Shown: piece by piece, positions 1-7,544 of the stretch
Position numbering within the stretch: position 1 is the stretch's first letter
Layout: every line of letters starts with the position of its first letter
IMG/VR virus record: IMGVR_UViG_3300032331_003609
Span: 124,001-188,000 of that record
Reading direction: 5' to 3' (one strand)
Length of the DNA: 64,000 bases
Translations under genes and position numbers: made by a program
The notes under the pieces: model-generated
What the model was told of the DNA's origin: nothing
What the model saw: the letters and a program-made list of their open reading frames with translations, nothing else
The model's database searches: none

Positions 1-1
1 A

Positions 2-400
2 GCAGTTGATCAAAACCCTGGTGAGATCACTCAACAGTATAAGAATGCTAAAAGATATTATGCAGGAGCAAGACCACAAAGAACCGGTCTTGATCTTACT
101 ATAAATTTTGAAGTTAACTTAGATGAAAACAATTCGATGTATGTTTTCAAAACTATGAGACAATGGGCAGATTTAATCTACAACCCATTAACAGGAGCAT
201 TGGGTCTTAAAAAAGACTATACTGGAAATATACTTATCAGTGTATTTAATAAAGCAGGCGACGTACACAGAAGAATAAGTTGCAAAGATTGCTTTATTAT
301 GACCCCATTATCACAAATGGATTTAAACTACACCAATACTAACTTGTTTGCTTTAAGAGTTACATGGGCAGTTGATTATTTCGATGACGTATTTATATAA
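2..400 (+). CDS. gp19: Tail tube protein, T4 gp19-like, paralog 1 (5'-truncated by window edge)
   Basis: The frame of track ORF 137..400 is open back to nt 2 (AVDQNPGEITQQYKNAKRYYAG...NFEVNLDENNSMYVFKTMRQWADLIYNPLTG). It aligns by eye along its length with 410..988. Confidence 0.75.
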   Translation, partial: AVDQNPGEITQQYKNAKRYYAGARPQRTGLDLTINFEVNLDENNSMYVFKTMRQWADLIYNPLTGALGLKKDYTGNILISVFNKAGDVHRRISCKDCFIMTPLSQMDLNYTNTNLFALRVTWAVDYFDDVFI

Positions 401-409
401 AAATAAAAA

Positions 410-988
410 ATGGCAGGATTACCACATTTTACTAGTGCAAAAGCGGCAGTAAGCCTTTACGAACCGGTATATTTAAACCAGTTCGAGGTTATTATTCAGC
501 CACCTGCTGCGGTTTCTAACCCAGCTGGTACTGCGGGAAGAACCTTAATGGTAGAGAATGTAACACAGATTGGCGGATTAGCAGTGGATAAAACTCCAGC
601 ACCAGTAATGCAAAACTATAAATTTGCAGGAAGAAGATACGCAGGTGCAGCAGTTGATGATACTGGTGTTAAGATCACAGTTAACTTTCAAACAAATTTA
701 GACGATAATAACTCTAACTATGTCCACAAGACACTTAGACAATGGAGTGATTTAGTTTATAACCCATTAACGGGTGCTATGGGAATTAAATCTAACTATG
801 CTGGCGGAACGTACATTCTAATTAGCATATTTAATAAACAAGGAGATGTTTTTAGAAGAATGAAATTCTTAAATTGCTTTCCGACTAAAGCTATAGATCC
901 TATGCCACTTACATATGACAATGGAGCAAATATGTACACGATTGCTGCTGAATTTAGAGCAGATTATTTTGAAGATGTGTTCAATTAA
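410..988 (+). CDS. gp19: Tail tube protein, T4 gp19-like, paralog 2
   Basis: 192 aa with typical gp19 pattern (N.FEV.I, ...LRQWSDLVYNP, FLNCFP, F..DYFE); lies upstream of baseplate hub genes. Confidence 0.8.
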   Translation: MAGLPHFTSAKAAVSLYEPVYLNQFEVIIQPPAAVSNPAGTAGRTLMVENVTQIGGLAVDKTPAPVMQNYKFAGRRYAGAAVDDTGVKITVNFQTNLDDNNSNYVHKTLRQWSDLVYNPLTGAMGIKSNYAGGTYILISIFNKQGDVFRRMKFLNCFPTKAIDPMPLTYDNGANMYTIAAEFRADYFEDVFN

Positions 989-1002
989 GAATTACTTAAA
1001 AT

Positions 1003-1010
1003 GATATATA
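1003..1010 (+). promoter_or_regulatory. Putative late promoter GATATATA abutting the terminator
   Basis: Exact copy of the motif recurring in front of structural genes. Confidence 0.45.
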
Positions 1011-1038
1011 AAAGGCTTATCCTACCGATAAGCCTTTT
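1011..1038 (+). terminator. Intrinsic terminator after the tail tube genes
   Basis: AAAGGCTTATC-ctacc-GATAAGCCTTT hairpin followed by T-run. Confidence 0.8.
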
Positions 1039-1041
1039 TAT

Positions 1042-1323
1042 TTGCACATCATTTTAAAAAGGAATAGAACTCCAACATGGACGACCCCGGTGATAGAAAA
1101 AACAATCAAAAAATACAAAGAAAAAGAAAAAAGACTAGTCTTTTACAAAGATACGTCCCTAATGTTAGCTATGTTCTTTCTCCCATTTGGCTACGACGCA
1201 TTGTTCAAGTTAATAATGGACATGAGTGGTTCATATTGGGTAGCAGATATTGTTTTTTATTCAATTTCAGGTTGCTTCTGGTTGTCGTATATCTTACTTA
1301 CGAAACGTTTAAGTAGAAAATAG
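1042..1323 (+). CDS. Small membrane protein with two predicted TM helices (start may be GTG 1090)
   Basis: Basic N-terminus, hydrophobic segments LMLAMFFLPFGY and WVADIVFYSISGCFWLSYILL, basic C-terminus. Confidence 0.55.
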   Translation: MHIILKRNRTPTWTTPVIEKTIKKYKEKEKRLVFYKDTSLMLAMFFLPFGYDALFKLIMDMSGSYWVADIVFYSISGCFWLSYILLTKRLSRK

Positions 1324-1362
1324 GATAAAACCCTTGCATTTTCTGAATTATATTTTGTCTTA

Positions 1363-1394
1363 GATACTAAAAGAGTATAGATAGATAAAATATA
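1363..1394 (+). promoter_or_regulatory. Variant ECF-type promoter GATACTA-N16-TAAAATATA
   Basis: Same spacing and -10 box as the 46165 copy; two differences from GAAACTT in the -35 box. Confidence 0.35.
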
Positions 1395-1404
1395 AAATAG
1401 CTTC

Positions 1405-2388
1405 ATGGAAGATAATTTAGACGAGATAGCTTTAAAGCATTTGTCACAAAAAGAAAGCGAAAGCGGATTAGAGTATGACAATATCCCAGAAATTCAAGAA
1501 CCCCCTAAATCTTTAGGTAAAGCTTCATTTGTCCAAGAGATCGAAGAAACAGCATTAGGAATGGAATCTCCATGGAAAAAGATTCCGTTTACAAATTTAC
1601 CCTCAGAAGGGTTTGGCTATCCTCCGGAAACTGAAATAACAATCAGATCAGCAGAGGTAGGAGAAATTCGTCATTTTTCAACAATAGATGAAAACGATCC
1701 TATTGATATAGATGATAAAATAAATCATATAATTTCTAAATGCTGTGTAATTAGATGGAAGGAAGGCGTTTTAAATTACATGGACATTTATCAAGAAGAT
1801 AGATTCTATATCTTTATGTCTGTCAGGGATTTGACATTTGTCAAAGGAGAGAACCGAATTTACATCCCTGTTCAAAAAACTTGCGATAAAGATGAGTGTC
1901 CTATTCCGAGCGATATAGAATTGACATCTGCTATACTTTCTAATTTTAAGCTGGATCTAAAATTAAAGAAATATTATGACCATGAAAATGGATTCTTTCA
2001 ATTGGTTCCAAAAAACGGGGATCCTGCAATTCAATTATTCATTCCTACAATAGGCGTTTCACAAAAAATTAGAAAAATCTTAAGAGATAAAGTGAATAGT
2101 GGAAAAAAGTATGACGAATCTTTTGCTAGCATGTCTCCCTTTATAATTCCAAATTGGAGGGATCTGTCAGAATCAGCATACGATGAATACGAAAGAATCT
2201 CCAAAGGATGGACATACACACAATTTGTATTAGCAGATACTATATCCAAACAAATAACTTTCGCAACTAAGAACACACTATCAGTTCAGTGTTCAAAATG
2301 CAGTGCTGAGGTCACTGCACCTATCCGATTTCGCGGCGGAATCAGATCCCTTTACATTGTTTCAGATATCTTTGGACAATTACTTTGA
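1405..2388 (+). CDS. gp26: Baseplate hub / tail assembly protein, T4 gp26-like
   Basis: I.IR...V.E motif, C-terminal C-x2-C (CSKC); position between tube and putative tape-measure genes. Confidence 0.6.
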   Translation: MEDNLDEIALKHLSQKESESGLEYDNIPEIQEPPKSLGKASFVQEIEETALGMESPWKKIPFTNLPSEGFGYPPETEITIRSAEVGEIRHFSTIDENDPIDIDDKINHIISKCCVIRWKEGVLNYMDIYQEDRFYIFMSVRDLTFVKGENRIYIPVQKTCDKDECPIPSDIELTSAILSNFKLDLKLKKYYDHENGFFQLVPKNGDPAIQLFIPTIGVSQKIRKILRDKVNSGKKYDESFASMSPFIIPNWRDLSESAYDEYERISKGWTYTQFVLADTISKQITFATKNTLSVQCSKCSAEVTAPIRFRGGIRSLYIVSDIFGQLL

Positions 2389-2563
2389 TATAAAGTATAA
2401 ATTTTCAAAGGACTTTAATATCAGCTTTAGTGAGCTTGAGAAGATGCCATATTTTGAATTTCAGATAATTCTAGATAAGATCAACGAGGCTATTGAAGAA
2501 AAGAATCAGAAAATAGTTCAGGAAAAAGACGGCATGGTACCTTTATTTAATTTAGGTAAGTAA
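2357..2563 (+). CDS. Small gp51-like hub assembly protein (no ATG; TTG 2357 or GTG 2303 start, or frameshift fusion to gp26)
   Basis: SLDNYF..KY....NISFSELEKMPYFE....LDKINEAIEE resembles the SLENYY...YSLTELENM.PWE pattern of T4-like phages; overlaps the gp26 3' end. Confidence 0.55.
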   Translation: MFQISLDNYFDIKYKFSKDFNISFSELEKMPYFEFQIILDKINEAIEEKNQKIVQEKDGMVPLFNLGK

Positions 2564-2599
2564 TAATCCTATCAATATATAGGGTAAATAAATTCCAAA

Positions 2600-4327
2600 T
2601 TGGCAGAAGAGCAATTACCAGATTTAAGCACAGACACTAAAAGGGTTGAACACTTCAATAAAAAGGTTGAAGAGTTTAGGAAAGAGAGCTCAGATGTTGC
2701 AGAGGCTCCTAAGCAAGCATTTGATATGGCAAGGCAGTATGCCCAACAACAGGTGTTTCCCCCGTTTGGGTTTATAGCATTTCCTGAAGATTCTAAGAAA
2801 CACACACCGGATGAGATGGGGATCGGTATAGCTGCGGGAAGAGTGTTATTTGGGGCTGCTAGATTCTTAGATGGTTTAAAAAAAGATTCCCCTGAAAATT
2901 TAGTACAAAAGGGGATAGACACTTATAAAGGATTTGATGATTCTACTGCAGTGAATGAATTAACAGGAGCCACCAGAATGTCTTTTGCAACAGTTAAAGA
3001 CGGTTTACAAGAAATAAAATCAGCAATTAGCGCTGATGATAAAGAAGCAGAAGATCCATTCGAAAAAAACCCGATCCTTAGCAAGTTAAACCCTGATGAT
3101 ATAGAAAATTTACTGGACTCTACGGTCCTTAAATTCATCAAAGAATTAGGTTTAAAAAGAGCAGATGAAGCTAGTGATAAACCAATATTAGATAAAGGTG
3201 AGGTATCATTCACAAAGGCAAAAGAACTTGCAGCTAAGACAAATCCGATTGCACCAACAAATATAGAGGCTTCAAAGTTAAACACAAAAGATGACCCTGA
3301 GTATATGGCTAGATTAGAAAAAGCCAAAAAGGAAGATGCTTTGATGGATTCTCTTGATACAAATAAAGCAGGAGCTAAAATTTCTCCCCGCGAGGGGAAA
3401 AAAACAGAGGCTAAGCCGGAGGGGATTAGAGCAACTGAAACCCCTGTTAATACACCTCCCGTAGCTCCAACAACCATAGAGAAAGCACAAAGTGAATTAG
3501 TAGCACTTAGCTCAAACGTAACTAGTAACGTAACTAATAATACAACTAGTAATGCAATCTCTGTTACACAAGATCCTGATGCAAAACCTAAACCTATATT
3601 AAAATCAGAAACACAGGTAAAACAGGAAGCACCAAAGCCAATAGTTACAAAACAAGATGCAACACCAGCGTCAACCAATCCTCCAATTGAAGCAAAGAGT
3701 GCGGGGACTGCTCCTGTTGGATTGGGAAATAAGAGCTCTGTTTCCGACGACGAAACCCCACTCCTAAAAATGCTAGGAGAAAGCATGGGAATGTCCGCAG
3801 ATGATATAGCTAAGATGTTTGCGGGTAAAGAAGACAACTTACAAAAGGGATTAGATCTTACATTTGGTTCTGAAGCAGAGGCAACAGGAATAAAATCAGA
3901 TCAGCCAGAAAATCCTGCTAAGTTTTTACCCGATGAACCTAAATCAACGATAGTTGAAAAAGCATCAAATGCTACAGTAGGACAAGCACAAAAAGTAGCT
4001 CAGCAAGCAACTGCTATTTCTACTGCCACAAAAACATCAGAACCTGTTAAGATTGCAGAGGCTACACCTACACCAAAACAAGAGCCTACACCAGAGCCTA
4101 CACCCGAACCAACACCTCCAGCCCCTGTTCAACCAGAGCAGACTAATACGGAATCTACGGGGACAGAATCTAAGGAATCCCCGGCACTTGAAACAAAAAC
4201 TCCAGAGGATAGTACAAATAAAGAGGCAGGTCCAAGTAATGATGATCTATTGAAAGTTATGAAGGAAATATTAAAAACTCTTCAAGGTCCGTTAATAGTT
4301 ACCGAGAGTACGCCTAAGTACTCATAG
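2600..4327 (+). CDS. 575-aa protein at the tape-measure/baseplate position with Pro/Thr/Glu/Lys-rich low-complexity C-half
   Basis: Long ORF with TTG start, PEPTPEPTP repeats near 4075-4120, AATATATA late-like box at 2574. Confidence 0.6.
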   Translation: MAEEQLPDLSTDTKRVEHFNKKVEEFRKESSDVAEAPKQAFDMARQYAQQQVFPPFGFIAFPEDSKKHTPDEMGIGIAAGRVLFGAARFLDGLKKDSPENLVQKGIDTYKGFDDSTAVNELTGATRMSFATVKDGLQEIKSAISADDKEAEDPFEKNPILSKLNPDDIENLLDSTVLKFIKELGLKRADEASDKPILDKGEVSFTKAKELAAKTNPIAPTNIEASKLNTKDDPEYMARLEKAKKEDALMDSLDTNKAGAKISPREGKKTEAKPEGIRATETPVNTPPVAPTTIEKAQSELVALSSNVTSNVTNNTTSNAISVTQDPDAKPKPILKSETQVKQEAPKPIVTKQDATPASTNPPIEAKSAGTAPVGLGNKSSVSDDETPLLKMLGESMGMSADDIAKMFAGKEDNLQKGLDLTFGSEAEATGIKSDQPENPAKFLPDEPKSTIVEKASNATVGQAQKVAQQATAISTATKTSEPVKIAEATPTPKQEPTPEPTPEPTPPAPVQPEQTNTESTGTESKESPALETKTPEDSTNKEAGPSNDDLLKVMKEILKTLQGPLIVTESTPKYS

Positions 4328-4343
4328 ATACATTTTTTATTAC

Positions 4344-4373
4344 GAAACTTTTTAACTATATTTGTATAGTATA
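4344..4373 (+). promoter_or_regulatory. Overlapping ECF-type (GAAACTT-N16-TAGTATA) and Bacteroidota -7 (TATATTTG, 4357-4364) promoters
   Basis: Both motifs are present 11-20 nt upstream of the 4385 start. Confidence 0.6.
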
Positions 4374-4384
4374 CTTAAAAAAAG

Positions 4385-4636
4385 ATGTCAGAGAGTAAAA
4401 AAACCTATATTGTATCAAAAGATCTTATTGAAAAGATCGTTGATTTTTTAGAAAACCCGTTCGATAACACAAAAGAATCTATAGAGATTCTTAAAAGCAA
4501 AGATTCTTTTACTGAAGATGAGATCAACAAAATAGTTGCTCTGTTAGGTAAATTTCCTGCTTATTCGGTATACCCAATAATTGATTTATTTAAAGGAAAT
4601 TTAAAAGTAGAAGAAATTGACCAGCAACAAGAATAA
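4385..4636 (+). CDS. Hypothetical protein
   Basis: 83-aa ORF, first gene after the promoter, overlaps the next gene. Confidence 0.7.
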   Translation: MSESKKTYIVSKDLIEKIVDFLENPFDNTKESIEILKSKDSFTEDEINKIVALLGKFPAYSVYPIIDLFKGNLKVEEIDQQQE

Positions 4637-5090
4637 CTACAAAGAACACACAGAAAAAGATTGTCAGGATCTAAAACAATTTAAATTAGATACTGTATAT
4701 CTAAAAATGGCTCAAGTGTGGGCATCTAACTCGCATTGCAAAAGAAGCCAGGTTGGATGTTTGGTGGTAAAAGATAAAACAATTATTTCCGATGGATATA
4801 ACGGAACTCCAACAGGATTTCCTAATATTTGCGAAGATGAAGATAATCAAACACTATCTTCTGTTCTTCATGCAGAAGCTAATGCTATAACAAAACTGGC
4901 AATGAATACAGTTACCTCAAACGGAAGTACAATGTACGTTACGCTATCTCCATGTTTTGATTGTTCGAAACTTATCATTCAATCCGGGATTAAAAGAATA
5001 GTCTTTTCTGAATTGTACAGAAAGATAGATTCTTTAGATTTGCTTAACCAGGCAGGTATTGAAATAATTTATATTAACTTACAACCCTAA
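4617..5090 (+). CDS. cd: dCMP deaminase (ComEB/Cd family)
   Basis: S.C.RSQVG, GYNG, HAEANAI and PC..C zinc motifs. Confidence 0.93.
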   Translation: MTSNKNNYKEHTEKDCQDLKQFKLDTVYLKMAQVWASNSHCKRSQVGCLVVKDKTIISDGYNGTPTGFPNICEDEDNQTLSSVLHAEANAITKLAMNTVTSNGSTMYVTLSPCFDCSKLIIQSGIKRIVFSELYRKIDSLDLLNQAGIEIIYINLQP

Positions 5091-5102
5091 ACCCAACACG
5101 AG

Positions 5103-5726
5103 ATGGCAAAAAGCATTCAAGACTTAGCAGAAAAATTTTTAGAAACAACTTTAGAGAAAGATTTTAAATATCTCTATGATCGAATTAAGCCTGGTTTATT
5201 AAATCATTGTAAATCTATTCTTATAGACGAAGAAATTGCTCAGGATGCAGTTTCAAAAACATTTGAAAAGATTTGGGTAAAGGTTGCTCAGTATGATCCA
5301 GCAAGGGGGAATTTTTCGACTTGGGCTTATAACATAGCTAGAAATGAATCCCTTCTTATAAAAAAGAATTCCAAAAAATTTACTCCTTTGGTTTATGAAT
5401 CAGTTGAACTGGAGGGGAGAGATTATGACGAATTCATTCCACTGTCAGACATTACGCCTGAAAGTATTTTTTCAGAGCCTGAATGGGAAATAAATAATAA
5501 AGAGGGTGGATTCGATGATTTATATGAAGTTGTATTGGAAAAGATGGAGCATTTACCAGCAATTTATAAAGATATCTTAATGGACAGAGAAATTCACAAA
5601 ATGAAGTATCAAGAAATTGCTGATAAATATAGTATGAAAAAAAGAGCAATAGCTACAAGGATCAGAAGAGCAAGAATTAAGATAAGAGAAATGTTCCCGG
5701 GTATTAAATTAAATTTTATTGACTAA
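5103..5726 (+). CDS. ECF-type (sigma70 group 4) RNA polymerase sigma factor
   Basis: Region 2 AQDAVSKTFEKIW...FSTWAYNIARN; region 4 LP..YKDIL..R.....KYQEIA......IATRIRRAR. Confidence 0.88.
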   Translation: MAKSIQDLAEKFLETTLEKDFKYLYDRIKPGLLNHCKSILIDEEIAQDAVSKTFEKIWVKVAQYDPARGNFSTWAYNIARNESLLIKKNSKKFTPLVYESVELEGRDYDEFIPLSDITPESIFSEPEWEINNKEGGFDDLYEVVLEKMEHLPAIYKDILMDREIHKMKYQEIADKYSMKKRAIATRIRRARIKIREMFPGIKLNFID

Positions 5727-6198
5727 TATGAAATCACTATTCTTTAGCATCTTTAAAATATTTGGCGTCATTAAGGACATCAAAAATTACATCTTTCTTA
5801 GAAAAATAATCAAGGACCAAATGATGGATTCTCCTCTTTGGGTTAAGAATAATCTAAGGGTTGATTGGATAGGAAGAATCTATACTGTAGTAAATCTTCC
5901 TCCTGAAGTAACAATGGCTCCTGATCTTCCAAAAGAACTCTGGCCTGCTTATTTAATAGATCAATCCAAAGGGTTGAACGAATATTTAACTTCATTAAAT
6001 TTACATGAGATTATAATTCCGGAATATAAAGAAATTCCGGATTCAACATCTTATCTTCTAGTTTACTATCCTTATTTTAGATCGTTTACAAAATGGTGGA
6101 TCTATACAAGGATAATTTTCTGGACATCCGTTGTATTAATACAACACTACACCCACTGGTTCTCTAACACGTATCAGTGGATAATATCACATTTTTAG
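5719..6198 (+). CDS. Hypothetical protein with C-terminal TM helix
   Basis: 159 aa; hydrophobic WWIYTRIIFWTSVVLI segment. Confidence 0.7.
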   Translation: MTNMKSLFFSIFKIFGVIKDIKNYIFLRKIIKDQMMDSPLWVKNNLRVDWIGRIYTVVNLPPEVTMAPDLPKELWPAYLIDQSKGLNEYLTSLNLHEIIIPEYKEIPDSTSYLLVYYPYFRSFTKWWIYTRIIFWTSVVLIQHYTHWFSNTYQWIISHF

Positions 6199-6201
6199 AA
6201 T

Positions 6202-6948
6202 TTGCAAAACTCAAAAATTGAAAGAAAAAGCTACTCGTGGGGAAGAGCTTACGAAGTTACGAGGGATAGTCATCCCAAGCTTATTTTACCTTCCGTTACA
6301 ACAGTTTTAAAGCTCGTCACTGAACCAAAATTCAAGCACTTAAGAGAAAAGTTTGGGGAAGCAAGATGGCAAAAAATACTTGACGATGCATCATATAGAG
6401 GAACTGTAATGCACAGTATGCTTGAAAACTTTCTGCTAGAATTTTCCACATCTAGGTCTATAGAAAAGTGCTTACAAATAGCACAAGCTACAGCAAAAGA
6501 CATAGAAGATAAAGAACCGCATAACTCAGGACTAATTAAAAAAGGCAGAGATTTATTTTGGAATTTCTATCACGAGAATTTCTGGGGGAATATTAAAACA
6601 GTGTTACATAATGAGCTTTTTCTTTGGAGTGATTTTAAAGGAGGCTGGGCAGGAGCAACCGATTTTATATTTGAAGACTATTTTGAAAATCACGTAGTTA
6701 TAGATTTTAAATCCTCATCATCACCAAAGGACGAAGATTCTGTTCTATCATATAAAATGCAAATATCTGCTTACATGTTTGCTTATGCGGAAAGATCCGG
6801 TGTTATACCCGATAGGGGAGAAATATGGATAGCAAATGAGAAAGATTCTAAGTTGCAAAGATTCATAGTAACAAAGGACGAGTTTAAAATATACCTCAGA
6901 CAATTTCTAGATTTACTTGCAGAATTTCAAAAAATACACGGGATTTAA
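6202..6948 (+). CDS. PD-(D/E)XK exonuclease (Cas4/RecB-like fold)
   Basis: LPSVTTVL, RGTVMH, GATD, IDFKSS, QISAY motifs. Confidence 0.85.
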   Translation: MQNSKIERKSYSWGRAYEVTRDSHPKLILPSVTTVLKLVTEPKFKHLREKFGEARWQKILDDASYRGTVMHSMLENFLLEFSTSRSIEKCLQIAQATAKDIEDKEPHNSGLIKKGRDLFWNFYHENFWGNIKTVLHNELFLWSDFKGGWAGATDFIFEDYFENHVVIDFKSSSSPKDEDSVLSYKMQISAYMFAYAERSGVIPDRGEIWIANEKDSKLQRFIVTKDEFKIYLRQFLDLLAEFQKIHGI

Positions 6949-6949
6949 C

Positions 6950-6980
6950 GAAACTTAACCCCCACAGAAACTAAAATATA
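6950..6980 (+). promoter_or_regulatory. ECF-type promoter GAAACTT-N15-TAAAATATA
   Basis: Seen directly upstream of the 6996 start. Confidence 0.5.
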
Positions 6981-6995
6981 AATAAAATTAAAAAC

Positions 6996-7448
6996 ATGTC
7001 AGAAGAAGTTTTACAAGAAGTAGTTATTGACGAAGCTAAAGTTGCTGCGTCCCAAAAAGCATTGGATGCTAAAATGGCAGAACTTTCTAATAAAGTTTAT
7101 GCAGTTTCGATGAACGCGGCATCATTGGAGGTATATTTCCAGGTAATTGAATCTATCAAATGGAAGGGTAAAGAAGGTTTAGGAATTTTAGAAATCACTA
7201 AGAAATTGAGCGAGGTAAAGGATAAGGGGATTTCAAATGATGCTATCTTTTTAAATGCTCTTACGATTGAAGCGAGTCATTATTTTTTAAACAGATACGA
7301 ATCGCAAGGAAGTAATACTGCAGAGGGATTTATTGATTTATTCAAAAAAATAGAGCAAGCGTTATCAGCAGTTTCGCAAGACAATAAAGATTTAGAGGAT
7401 CTTAATAAGGATTTAGCAGCTGCCCAACAAGGATTAGAAGCTGTATAA
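6996..7448 (+). CDS. Hypothetical alpha-helical/coiled-coil protein
   Basis: 150-aa ORF with A-rich leader and downstream terminator. Confidence 0.75.
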   Translation: MSEEVLQEVVIDEAKVAASQKALDAKMAELSNKVYAVSMNAASLEVYFQVIESIKWKGKEGLGILEITKKLSEVKDKGISNDAIFLNALTIEASHYFLNRYESQGSNTAEGFIDLFKKIEQALSAVSQDNKDLEDLNKDLAAAQQGLEAV

Positions 7449-7479
7449 TTAGACTTTTTTTACAGTTTTGCCCATATAT

Positions 7480-7507
7480 AGGCCTACTTTATTAAGTGGG
7501 CCTTTTT
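7480..7507 (+). terminator. Intrinsic terminator
   Basis: AGGCCTACTT-tatt-AAGTGGGCCT (one G-U pair) followed by TTTT. Confidence 0.7.
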
Positions 7508-7513
7508 CTTGTG

Positions 7514-7521
7514 GATATATA
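7514..7521 (+). promoter_or_regulatory. Late promoter GATATATA
   Basis: 23 nt upstream of the 7545 start. Confidence 0.65.
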
Positions 7522-7544
7522 AGGTTTAAGAATATAATAAAAGA

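Noticed and set aside
1042-1323. Holin assignment for the small two-TM protein
   Set aside because: Size and topology are compatible, but there is no adjacent endolysin or family motif, so it is left as an unknown membrane protein.
2923-3837. 304-aa antisense ORF, and similar shadow ORFs at 8333-8755, 13502-14110, 14639-15607, 36937-37416 and 49895-50224
   Set aside because: They lie opposite real low-complexity genes; their Ser/Leu/Pro/Val-rich translations are the expected reverse reading of biased codons, and they lack promoters.
6202-6948. Cas4-like nuclease as evidence of a CRISPR system
   Set aside because: It has no Fe-S cysteine cluster and no array or other cas genes nearby; it is a common phage PD-(D/E)XK exonuclease.
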